Positions 13,960 to 24,634 of a DNA stretch of 64,000 nt are shown one piece after another. How positions within the stretch are numbered: the stretch's first letter is position 1; every line of letters begins with the position of its first letter. Source of the DNA: Auanema rhodensis (lineage: Eukaryota > Animalia > Nematoda); the NCBI GenBank assembly GCA_964057225.1, contig OZ059896.1:10664001-10728000 (forward strand), read 5' to 3'. The notes below the pieces were generated by a model, which was given only the letters and a program-made list of their open reading frames with translations, searched no databases and was not told the origin of the DNA. The position numbers were made by a program, and so were the translations under genes.

Positions 13960-14408
13960 TCATAGTTTCTTATTACATGGACATATTATAAAATTATACT
14001 GCTTGGAGGTACAAAATTTACAAAGTTTTTCTCTCTTACAAGTTCCAGAATGCTTGTTCAAACATTTTAAACAAACTTTCAGACTTACAGCTCTAGAGAA
14101 TTTCTTAATTTTAGAGTTGTACTGAACACATTTTTCAGTTTCGTGCTTCTTGGAGCAAAGTTTACATGTTTTTTCCAATTTGAATGATTTTTCGTGGAAT
14201 TTTTGAGCTTTCATTTCATTCTGTTTATTGGATTTTCATTTAACTCCTTTAGAAGTTTACAGAAGTTTCGTATATCAGCTTTCAAGTCGAAGATTTCGTT
14301 ATTTAATTTGACGATTTCTTCTTGAACGTTCATATTTGTTGTTTCTTCTTCCATATTTTCTTCATCAAGAATACTTTCGTATTTTTCAGCTACTTCTCGC
14401 TGATTCAT
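13960..14408 (-). CDS. Retrotransposon accessory ORF: coiled-coil region then three BEL-gag-like Cys/His knuckles, split at an ATGA stop/start overlap (14211-14214)
   Basis: MNQREVAEKYESILDEE…NRMK* then MKAQ…CKLCSKKHETEKC…CLKCLNKHSGTC…CKFCTSKQYNFIIC; lies between integrase and PPT. Confidence 0.7.
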
Positions 14409-14415
14409 GGTGGAC

Positions 14416-14495
14416 AACTGAGAAATTTAACTTTTTTTTTATATACCCCTTTTTCTTCACGTAAAATTTCACGTAACGTGTTGTCGTAACGTGAC
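14416..14495 (-). promoter_or_regulatory. Putative internal promoter of the accessory ORF
   Basis: On - strand: repeated ACGT-core motifs (two TACGTG), GTATATAAAA, TCAGTT (Inr-like or splice acceptor) ~26 nt downstream, then CCACCATG. Confidence 0.45.
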
Positions 14496-15202
14496 TGCTC
14501 CGAAACCAAAAAAAAAACCAAATTTGGTGTTGAAAATTACTTATATATCTTATCTTTATATATTTTTTATAGATTTACTGATTTATTATTAATATTATTA
14601 ATTTTTTTCATTTATTTAAGTTTATTATAATATTCATATGAGTTTTCGAAACAATTTCTCAAAAAAATTTTTTATAGTCAATTTTCCTATTTTTTCTTAG
14701 CCTATTCTTCCAAATTTCAATTTTTTCATCATTCTCACAGGAAGTATGTACTTTGTCATGATTGTTTAATAAAGATTGTTCGAGGGTTTTTTTCTTTTCT
14801 TCTGACTCATTCAAATTTTCGGATATTTCTAAAGGAATTAAGTGGTTTATGGATCTTAGGAAACGGTTTCCTTCTGAATTTCTGATTTTTGCTGTTCGAA
14901 TTTCCCCATTTTTAGAAGTAATCAGTTCTTCTATAATGGCAAGTGGCCATTTGTGTCTTTTCACATTATTTTCCATACATAAAACAATTTCTCCGATTTT
15001 TGGTTGTAATTTATTGAAATTTTTTGTTATACTTTTTCTATTACTCATGGTCCTTAATTCCTCAAGATAAGTTATGGACCAGTCTTTCCAAAAATTACTA
15101 ATACTATCATTGCAGGAGTGCATCCACTCTTTAATTTCGTTCAAATTATTCAAATAAAAGATTATAATATTATTTTGAAAAATTTAGATTTTTTTCTTAA
15201 AT

Positions 15203-15576
15203 AGTAGTATACAAAAGGTTGACGCTGGCGCACCTTTTTTGCCCAAATGCGATTTTTGCAGATTTTCAACATTTTAAAAACTTTTTTTTATTGAAAATCA
15301 TACTTAATTTCCCCACAATGTGTCATTTTTCAAAAATGACCAAAATTTGTCTGGCGCACCACTTACCCATTTGGCCCACTATCAATTTTATGAAGTATTT
15401 ATTGTTTTTATTGCTATTAAATGACGAATCTGAGATTCGATAAAAATCTTGAACCTCTGACAAACATTGATCTCATTTCTTTGGTAGACACATTAAAGAT
15501 CAAGGATTTTAGAGGAGTCTTTATGAGAGATACTTTGCCGGATATAATAAAAGATCTGAATCGTAATCTCAAAGAT
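15203..15576 (+). mobile_element. Maverick/Polinton remnant: AGTAGT-type terminus and N-terminal fragment of an adenain-like cysteine protease
   Basis: AGTAGT at 15203; repeated CTGGCGCACC (15225, 15351); ORF 15421- MTNLRFDKNLEPLTNIDLISLVDTLKIKDFRGVFMRDTLP matches the Polinton protease N-terminal motif FRGVFMRDxLP; truncated by the tandem repeat. Confidence 0.7.
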
Positions 15577-16524
15577 GTCTTCTCCCCTGTTCAATATTTG
15601 TCAAGCAGTCAAAACGAAATCATTTATTGCTGTAAATCATATAATTATTATGAGATCACGACACGATGAGAACAACGAATCATTCATTGGTGTATTTCTT
15701 ATGACATGAGAAAAAAAAACGAAGAGAACAATTAGACATCGCATTTTGGCATTTTCTCGGGTGGACCGAACTGAAACATAACAATTAAACCAATTCTCTA
15801 ACTGAATCAACTTACGCCAGGACCGATGATGATCCTAGAGATGCCCAAGATCAAGTCAGCGCTGATAACTTTGAAGTCCGGATAATGGTCCGGTCTTCTC
15901 CCCTGTTCAATATTTGTCAAGCAGTCAAAACGAAATCATTTATTGCTGTAAATCATATAATTATTATGAGATCACGACACGATGAGAACAACGAATCATT
16001 CATTGGTGTATTTCTTATGACATGAGAAAAAAAAACGAAGAGAACAATTAGACATCGCATTTTGGCATTTTCTCGGGTGGACCGAACTGAAACATAACAA
16101 TTAAACCAATTCTCTAACTGAATCAACTTACGCCAGGACCGATGATGATCCTAGAGATGCCCAAGATCAAGTCAGCGCTGATAACTTTGAAGTCCGGATA
16201 ATGGTCCGGTCTTCTCCCCTGTTCAATATTTGTCAAGCAGTCAAAACGAAATCATTTATTGCTGTAAATCATATAATTATTATGAGATCACGACACGATG
16301 AGAACAACGAATCATTCATTGGTGTATTTCTTATGACATGAGAAAAAAAAACGAAGAGAACAATTAGACATCGCATTTTGGCATTTTCTCGGGTGGACCG
16401 AACTGAAACATAACAATTAAACCAATTCTCTAACTGAATCAACTTACGCCAGGACCGATGATGATCCTAGAGATGCCAAAGATCAAGTCAGCGCTGATAA
16501 CTTTGGAGTCCGGATAATGGTCCG
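15577..16524. repeat. Three tandem 316-bp units (15577, 15893, 16209), each a copy of the 3' end of the protease gene
   Basis: Near-identical units; copies 1 and 2 share two substitutions relative to copy 3 (CCCAAG/CCAAAG, TTGAAG/TTGGAG). Confidence 0.95.
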
Positions 16525-17135
16525 CCACCTCAGAAAGAGTCAAGTTGGTGCAGTCGCTGAAGCAGAAGTCTTTCTTTCCCACAGACGTGCCGAGGAAGAA
16601 TCCCGATGTTGAAAAAATGCCACTTCCGGAATCTCCTTTCCTTCCATGGGAGCTCCCGATGTAATATCCAACTAAACCAAATAATTAACTATGAAGTTAA
16701 GAAATTAGACATACCGCAGTTATTGGAAATGACGCCATGTTTCCACGCGGGCCTCCTATCCTGTCCGATACTAAGCTGCATATACTGCTGTCCTCGATAC
16801 ATTGTATCGAATCCTCGGGGAAAGCTCGGAAACTCATCACTCTCTAGAGCAAAGACAACGATGTCATGCGCATCCGAGAGAGCCAGAACACGACACTGAA
16901 AAGCAGCTTGAACCTAGGTAAAATAATTGGAAAAACAAACCTTGAAAGATCTTCTCTGATCGACGACGTTGTATATGGTTACCACATCATTCTCCTGTAG
17001 TTTAGAATGAGGGCCATGACGGAAAGTTACTGCGTGTTTGACATCGATAGCAACAACGCAAGAGAACAGAGCGTCGTCAGATTTTGAGGTAGTGTAAAGG
17101 CACCTTTCCAACTCCTCCGCGATGCTTCTCTGCAT
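16364..17135 (-). CDS. Intact 218-aa chymotrypsin-like (PA clan) serine protease without signal peptide; exons 17135-16941, 16913-16715, 16671-16448, 16402-16364
   Basis: Canonical GT-AG introns keep one frame; triad motifs AVTFRH, AHDIVVF, GRKGDSGSGIF; GC content clearly higher than neighbouring host genes. Confidence 0.85.
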
Positions 17136-17253
17136 CTTCCCTAAACAGACATTTATTAGCAAATTATAAGGGAAATGATCACAGATGAGAAATCACGAAA
17201 TCAATGCAAACATTCACAAAAGTTAATGCGATGTTGGCAGGTTCTCTCCTTTC

Positions 17254-17264
17254 TCTGCGTCTCT
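17254..17264 (+). promoter_or_regulatory. ESRE-consensus motif TCTGCGTCTCT upstream of the protease gene
   Basis: Exact 11-mer; an inverted one-mismatch copy lies near 17318-17328. Confidence 0.45.
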
Positions 17265-17354
17265 GCCCACAGACACGTCTCTGCCTTCCACTCTACCCCA
17301 ACGCGTCGCGTGCGTTGAGAAACGCAGAGAAAGGAGAAGTTCAACTGTGGCAAA

Positions 17355-19419
17355 TGTTGTCTCGTATAAACGAGAGGATTGAAGAAATGTGACAAACAAT
17401 GAAACAGATGTACTACTTTGGTAATTGGAAACGCAACAGACGTGCAGTTTTTTGGCAGATAAGATTAGACAAAGAAAGAGGCGGGCAGTATCGAAATTGG
17501 GAAGAAGGGGGTTCTGATTTTCGACGAGGAAAGAGAACGGTTGCTGATATTTTGTGTTGTGTATTTTGAGCTAAATAAACCTTTGTTATTAAGTTCGACT
17601 TCTATATTGAGATAACTATACTCTGAAGCATTCTATTACTCCTATTCACTGCCCTATTTATTACTATTGTGACTATTGGGATTCCACCTAACTACCACTG
17701 GTCTCAGTAATCACGGAATTGTTGGAGGAATACAAGGATCGACGTAAGTGACGTTGTTAGAATCTTTGTATACTGTTGTGGAGAACGGAAATAAGGATCG
17801 GAATCCTTATAAACCACGACATTTGGTGCATCGGCCGGGAACCCAGAATCGGCTGGGGAAAGCTCTCATCATTTACGAGGTAGCTAAACTGAGAAATAGC
17901 ACTCGATTGAAAAGAATGAAGAGTATCCTATCTACAATTGACTACAGATGTCAATTGATAACCCAAAGGTTGCGGAAACATCTAAATGTGATGGATGATT
18001 TCTATGAGAAGCAACTGAAGCTTTGGGAAGATAGAGGAGACGATGTAGAGATTGAAATTTTCATGTTGAATTGTAAGGACTGGGCTGCTAATATGAAGGT
18101 GGACAGGATTACGGTAATATCGGAACAGTCAAGAGGAGAAGAAATACTACAGTCTATGGCTTTGGAATCTAAGGAAGAATGGGAAGTGGAATTCCAGGAC
18201 AAAGGAGTATACACAAAAATCAAGGATCTGCTTCAAAAAGCTCTAGAGTTTGAAGAGCAATGTGAATTATGGCAGAGAAATGGACAAGAAGTACTGAACC
18301 GGATGAAGGAAGTAAATTTGGAATATCACACGGAGTCATCACAATCCCTAGTTCAACATGAACTACGGTTGATAACGGAAAAATATCATCAGCAACAGAA
18401 GGAGATGGAAAATCTGAAGCGAATGCTGCATCAGAATCACCAAGAACATGAGCCGATCAGATCTATGGAGAGAGAAAGACCGCTACACATAAAGGTACCG
18501 GAGTACCGGATCCCAACGTTTGATGGAACACCAGAATTGTTTGAAGCTTTCTGGGATCGATTCAACTATCTTATTCATGAAAACCGAGATAACCTGATCA
18601 AGGAACAAAGGCTCACTATCTGTATGAAGGACTAAGTGGGAGAGCTACTTTGACTATCTCGGGAATTAGCCCTACAGGAAGGAACTACGAGAGAATGCGA
18701 AGAGCCCTTATAGACGAATATGGGTATTACAAGGAAGATGTAGCCCACGTGTTTCAGCAACTCGGACGTCTACGAAAAGCAGAACCAAGAGCGGATGAAT
18801 GTGCAGAACTGCTTTCTAACGTTAAAGCTATTACTCGAAGACTAGAGGCGGCAGGATACGAACCGATGGCAGCATGGTTCTACCTGTCAGTAGCGGAAAA
18901 ATTTCCCATCATGACCTAAAAAGAATACTTCGGGAACAAGATCTACAATGGAGCTTGGATGATATTTTCAGCATGATTGGCGTTGAGATACGAATCATGA
19001 GAATCGAGGAATCAAACAAAGCTGATAGAAGAGAAACAAAGATATCAACATCACAACCCATGGTCGTCAGAAGGGACAAGAAAGAAGGATGTCCTCTATG
19101 TAAGCAGAACAACCACAACATTCTACAGTGCAATAAAGCTGGAATTGCGGAAAAGAGGAAATACGTGAGAGAAAGAAGACTGTGTTGGAACTGTTTAAAG
19201 AGTGGCCATAGAAGCTCGGACTGCACACAACCCAAGTGTCAGAATTGTGGTCGAGACCATAACATTGCATTGTGTTATCCGGATCGAAAACCGGAAGTAC
19301 GAGACAGAAAAGATGAAGCCAGAGAAACAGCTACAGCTCCCAAACCATGGAAAGGCGGTCCACCTCCACCTAAGAGAGAGAACGAAGGTTGGAAGCCGCC
19401 AGAAGCAGCAATTATTTAA
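17355..19419 (+). mobile_element. 5' part of a second BEL/Pao LTR retrotransposon: LTR (~17355-17821), tRNA-Gly PBS, frameshifted gag; pol absent
   Basis: …ACGACA then TGGTGCATCGGCCGGGAA (17824-17841, complement of the tRNA-Gly 3' end); gag motifs IPTFDGTPELFEAFWDRF (DUF1759-like) and CPLC…H…C, CWNCLKSGHRSSDC, CQNCGRDHNIALC; two frame breaks; LTR left edge approximate. Confidence 0.88.
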
Positions 19420-19679
19420 AAATAAGGAAGTTTGAATATTTGTGAACTGAATTATCAAAAAAAAAATTCCAAAGCAAATTCTTAAATTGGTGTCAATTCA
19501 CAAAATTTTTTTTGCCCTTGTTCGTAATAGATGTATGTACATCATGTGCGCCACAATATTTTGTATAATTTTAACGAAGGAATTTCTGCGAAGGCAGCCC
19601 GTTTAGAGCCGGAAAAATTCATAAATCTTCAACTTTTCCTCCGCATGTTTTGATTGAGAGTAATCTCAGATCAAGAGTA

Positions 19680-19900
19680 ACTTAGACTCAGTTTGGTTAC
19701 TGGTGGATGGGAAATGGGTTCTCTTCTGCAACCCAAACAGACCAAAGTTTGGGGTATACCCTGGGCAGGAGGTTCCTATGACCCCCAGGTCAAGCCCACA
19801 AACGCCCAAAACAGCGTTGTTGTTCGTTTTCTGGAGCGAGAACGGAATTCTCTTCTACGAGCTTCTTCCTTACCATAGATGAAAATTACTATTCCGAGCT
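19680..19900 (+). pseudogene. Degenerate mariner transposase fragment
   Basis: With one frameshift reads LVTG/DGKWVLFCNPNRPKFGVYPGQEVPMTPRSSPQTPKTALLFVFWSENGILFYELLP, like mariner TGDEKW…WW…G..YYELL. Confidence 0.7.
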
Positions 19901-20295
19901 GCTCAGAAAACTTCATAGGGTTTTGAAACACCCCCACGCTCTCCTGATATAGTTCCAACAGATTAAAATCTGTTCCGATCAATGGATCATAGTTAAAAGG
20001 GTGGAAACTTCAAAACCTTACAAGAAGTTGAATTTTTGTAAAAAAAATTTTGCATCTAAAAGTTAACTATTTTCCAGAAACGGAATCCGAAAGCTGAAAG
20101 AAAAAAGGAAAAAGTTTATCGAGAATGAAGGGAAGTATAGTTTATGATAAGTTTTTTTGCAAATTTCGTTCTTTTTTTTAAATTTTCATAGTACTCTAGG
20201 GGGGGGGGGCAGTAGAAAAGGTGAGACGTAATATATAATATATTTGTATTAAATATATAAATTATATAATAATAAAGGTATATTATTTAAAATAT

Positions 20296-21958
20296 TTATT
20301 CAGATATAATACGATATTTTACATCTTTTGCAAAAAATGTTCCATGTTCATTACTAAAATAGAATGTGTAATCACCATCTTCTGGACAAATTATTTGTCC
20401 CATTTCAGGCACAAATTCAGTTGATAGTCTCCATTTTGGATATACCTATTTATATATAATATATTTATTTGATATAATAATTAATATTTTACTTCTTGAT
20501 TATTGTGTTCAATCCAAAAATCTAAATCTCCTGAACTAACTTTCCATATCCATCGTAGAGTTTTTCCTGCCTTTCCTTTCACTGTCACCTATAAAATTAT
20601 ATATTATTTTTAAAAATATATTATTTATATATTAATTATACAGTTTCAAATGAACGTGCAGCAATTGATTTTTTAGTGAATGAAGATTTGTCATCATCAG
20701 GATTATCTTCAGAATTATACCTAGATTAGATATTTGATCATTAATATTTAAAAAAAGAAACAGTTGTACCATAATTTTTGTGGAACTTTTCCTCCCATTC
20801 GTAAATCTCCTGTTGGATTTGAGCTTTCTTTAGTACCACCCCAATGTGGATAAACATTATGAGATCCAAGCTATTACGTATTCTTATTATTTTTATTTAA
20901 AACATTAAAGATTACCTCACTTAATATAACTTCTTTCCAATTATTTCCTAAGAATGAAACCTGTAAATAGTTAACTATGTGAATATAGAAATGATAATAA
21001 TACTTTTTCTCTGGTTTGTTTAGATAAACATGGTGATATCATAGCATATACAGTTTGCATCATCATTGGAGGGTTGATAACGTATATTTTTCGGGCAAAA
21101 TCAGGGAAAATATCCTGTAATTAAAAAAAAACACACATAATCTACATCTATCTATATGAATACTGTAATCTTACTTGAAGCACTGTAAGTAGATTCATAT
21201 ATATTTTGATTGATGGTGGATATAACAGATCCATACTAAAACCATCCAAATCCATTATAATTTTGACTCCTAGTTTTTTACCAAATTGTTCTTCCGCTTT
21301 TCTGGAATAGTTAATACCGGTATTTTCAACAAATATAATTTATAATTATAACAAACCTCACTAATTTGAAAGACAACTCAGTTTCTGTAATACAGAGATG
21401 GAATAATTCACTCACAGAGCCACCTTTCACCAAAGTTTTAGGATGTGAAGCTGCTAATGATTGAAGAAAAATAACATTTCCATCATCGTCCTGCCCCAAA
21501 ACACCGCCTAAAATATAATATTTCTTGAAAATATAATTTATATAACTAATTTAACATATAGTTAACAATTATAATTATAATAAAAAATAAATATATAAAT
21601 GTTGAATAACCTGGAAAATATACAGCACAAGTAGTCATTGCCCGGACATGTGAGTTGATTTGTTCACTATTTTCAACTTCAATTTCATCCAAATGTAAAT
21701 TTTTCAAAGTTCTAATAGCATTTTCAAGTTTTGGAAGAATTTTATCTGAAAAATTAATTTATTTTGTTATCAAATAAATAAGTATTATTAACCAATATCA
21801 TAATCCCATCCCAACAACCAACGTAAAAGTGACAAGTCAGTATCATAAGCAGGATATGTATCTAGTATATGACGAGCTTTATGCCTTAATTCGTGAATAT
21901 ATTTCTTTTGTTCATTAGTGATTTGTGTAATATCGGGGTAATGTTCATCAGCTACCAT
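20296..21958 (-). CDS. SEC14/CRAL-TRIO plus GOLD domain lipid-binding protein (ctg family), multi-exon
   Basis: DTDLSLLRWLLGWDY, IIMDLDGFSMDLL, QDIFPDFARKIYVINPP, YPHWGGTK, LRMGGKVP, GDLDFWI, FVPEMG…FSNEHG. Confidence 0.9.
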
Positions 21959-24585
21959 CTAAAATAAGAAATATTTGCTATTAATGTTATTATATAATAT
22001 TATAAAATAGTTAGTATATTATTATAAGATTAATAAAACTTTTACAAAAAAAAATTAAAACTTAAGTATTGGTTGGAATTAGATTTAAAGAAGGATCCTT
22101 AAAAGTGAATTGGTCTGATTGATTCAGCACGTGTTTCAAAGATAAGAGATACAGAACCATAACTCTCGCTCTGATAATCAACTAAAAAATTAATAAACAA
22201 ATGTTATAATAAGGCAAAATGAAGAGAAAATGAAAAGAATTATTAGATAAGAATTCAGAAGTAATTGAAGAGAAGAAAAAGAAATTTATCTTTCTTTGTG
22301 ACGACACTAAAACGCACTAAATCTGAAATTGCTATTAAGCTTTATCAGGAATTTTTGTATAATCTGACAGTTGTCCAGAATATATTGTTGAATTTTGTCA
22401 AAATTAAAATAAATTATATCATTATGTCTTCTATAATATATTCTTGTTAATCTTAATATTTACTTAAAACTTTTCTCTGCATCCATACAACAATTGAAAA
22501 ATGCATTTCAATCATTTTTTAAAAAAATGTTTATTTGATACAATTAAATTTTACAAGATAACATGTACTTACGTGATTATGTTTTACATCCAAATATTAT
22601 ACATTAAGATTATCTCGTTTTGATTATCATCTGTTCGTTGGTTAGATGAACAAACCTCAGATAGGATCACAAATTGTAATCTTGTTTAGTGAATATACGT
22701 CAATGTATGTATATGTATGTATGATATGTGTAGATAAAAATGAAAAAAACATTATATAATAGATTTGAATCTCTATTACTTTTTATTTTTTTTTATTAAA
22801 AACATGTTCATTTATAACATAGAATATATAAATCTTTTTACTCTTTCTTTTATTATAGATCAATTGTTGTTAAAAGAATATTTGATTAGTAAGATGTGAT
22901 GCTTTTTCTTATGTTTCTTTGATTAGTTTGATTTTTTTATGTAATTAAAACAAAATATATAAGATATTAGATATATTTTATTATTAATTATAATAATATA
23001 TCATTTATTAATGATAAATTACAATATTTATTCAAAGAATATAATGATCAGATTATTTTTTTTGTTTATTTTTCTTCTTTTCTAATATTTCTTTTTTCTT
23101 TTTTTTTTTGAAATTAACTTCTTCTTAATTCTTAAGTTTTCTTAAAACTTTAACAGTTTTTAACATGCTTTATACTGTAATTTCACAGATTACAATAAAA
23201 CTAATAATTATGTAAAAGCCAATAATTAAATAATTGTAATTTGAAATAACTAAAGTATTCTTAAATGTAAATATAAAATTGAAATTATAGTTTTGATTCA
23301 TATATTACTATAATTAAGATTATTTTAGACAGAAGTACTTTTAGATATGCATCTGTTAAAGTACATCTATCTATCTATCTTTGTATTTAAATCAATTCAT
23401 TTAAGATCACTTCTTCTAGAAATCAAATATTTCAAACATTTCTCGTCCCTACGTTTCTCTCTTCACACAGCTTTTCACATAATTTGAAAAAAAAAACATC
23501 TGGACGAGAACTCAAATAATTTAAGAAACTCTTGCCTCTCTTCCTCTTTATCAGAAAGACGCAAAATCAGTTCTATGGATGAGAACCTGTTTTCTTCGTT
23601 AAGATGTCACGTCTTCCCAAGTGGCTCACAGACCACAGCATCACATCACTAAATTCTCACCGAAGCCAGGCATAGCTTGTCAATAGCACGCTTTCTCACA
23701 CTCCAAAGCGATGAGCAGTGTGCTATCAGTGTGTACAAAACCTTAACAGATCATTTCTTTCGAAATCAGCCTGATTACGATTCTAATACATGTGGTCCCA
23801 TCGTAAGGCTGTCTTCAGAATAGAAAGAAAAACGGAAAAAAAGAGAGAAAAGACAGAATAACATATGCAGCTCATTGTTCTTGAATGAACCTTAAACGGC
23901 ATGACGTGATGGTTGATGCTCAATCCTCCACAGATAATCTTTGAAAATGGTTACAACTAGACTAGTTTTCCAAAAAAAGGAAGTAAAACCGTTCAGCACA
24001 GCTATACCTCTCTCTCTTTCTATAGAAAAAAGACTAATGTATTAATGAGATGGATCAAACTGATCCACTGGTTCTGCATGTATCATCGAAAAGCGGCAAT
24101 AAATAAGCTTGGTAAAATGAGAGCCGTTGATTAAATACATATTTTGGATCGACAATGCATAATATGGTTTAGGTTGATTCTTTAGTCAAACAAGCATGAG
24201 AGAGAAAGATATTTGAGTTTCAATGTAGCAAGTAAGTACGAAAGGAGGTTAATCGTCTGATGTAATGAACACACCATGCTTCGTAGTTTGATCAAATATT
24301 TTGTATTGGAACTTTTCACTTTATCTCGCAAAGAATATAATAATATAAAAGTTATAAAGCCATATAAACGATAATTAAGAAGGAACTATTGTTTTTCAAA
24401 TACCCTTTCCATAATTCAATTATGTGGTTGTTTCGATTTTAAATTTATTTTTCTTTGAAAAGTTATATTGAAGTAACGAAAATATCATTCAAGATCTATT
24501 CAAATAGATCAATGTATGCCAATAGCATTTGAGATATTGAAGAATTTATTATTATTAAAGTAACCTATAGAAAGAGAGTAATATT

Positions 24586-24588
<3 letters not shown>

Positions 24589-24632
<44 letters not shown>
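24589..24632 (+). repeat. (AG)22 microsatellite
   Basis: Direct observation; GAGAGTAATATTGA occurs on both sides. Confidence 0.95.

Positions 24633-24634
<2 letters not shown>

Larger units (their letters stand above)
13657..15153 (-). mobile_element. 3' part of a BEL/Pao LTR retrotransposon (integrase tail, accessory ORF, PPT, 3' LTR)
   Basis: 14659-15153 encodes FWKDWSITYLEELR…PKIGEIVL…RHKWPLAII…RSINHLIPLE (Pao integrase C-terminal/DUF5641-like); PPT-like GGGCGGAA at 13881-13888 directly precedes TG; putative LTR 13880-13657 is bounded TG…CA and contains AATAAA. Confidence 0.85.

Noticed and set aside
15577-16524. 316-bp array as a CRISPR-like or satellite array
   Set aside because: No unique spacers; each unit is a copy of the neighbouring gene's 3' end
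16606-16899. Plus-strand 97-aa ORF and similar antisense ORFs over gag, dhs-28 and rfc-3
   Set aside because: Shadows of real genes on the opposite strand
17748-17915. N-terminal extension of the 295-aa gag ORF
   Set aside because: Begins at GTG and runs through the LTR and PBS; the likely start is the ATG at 17916
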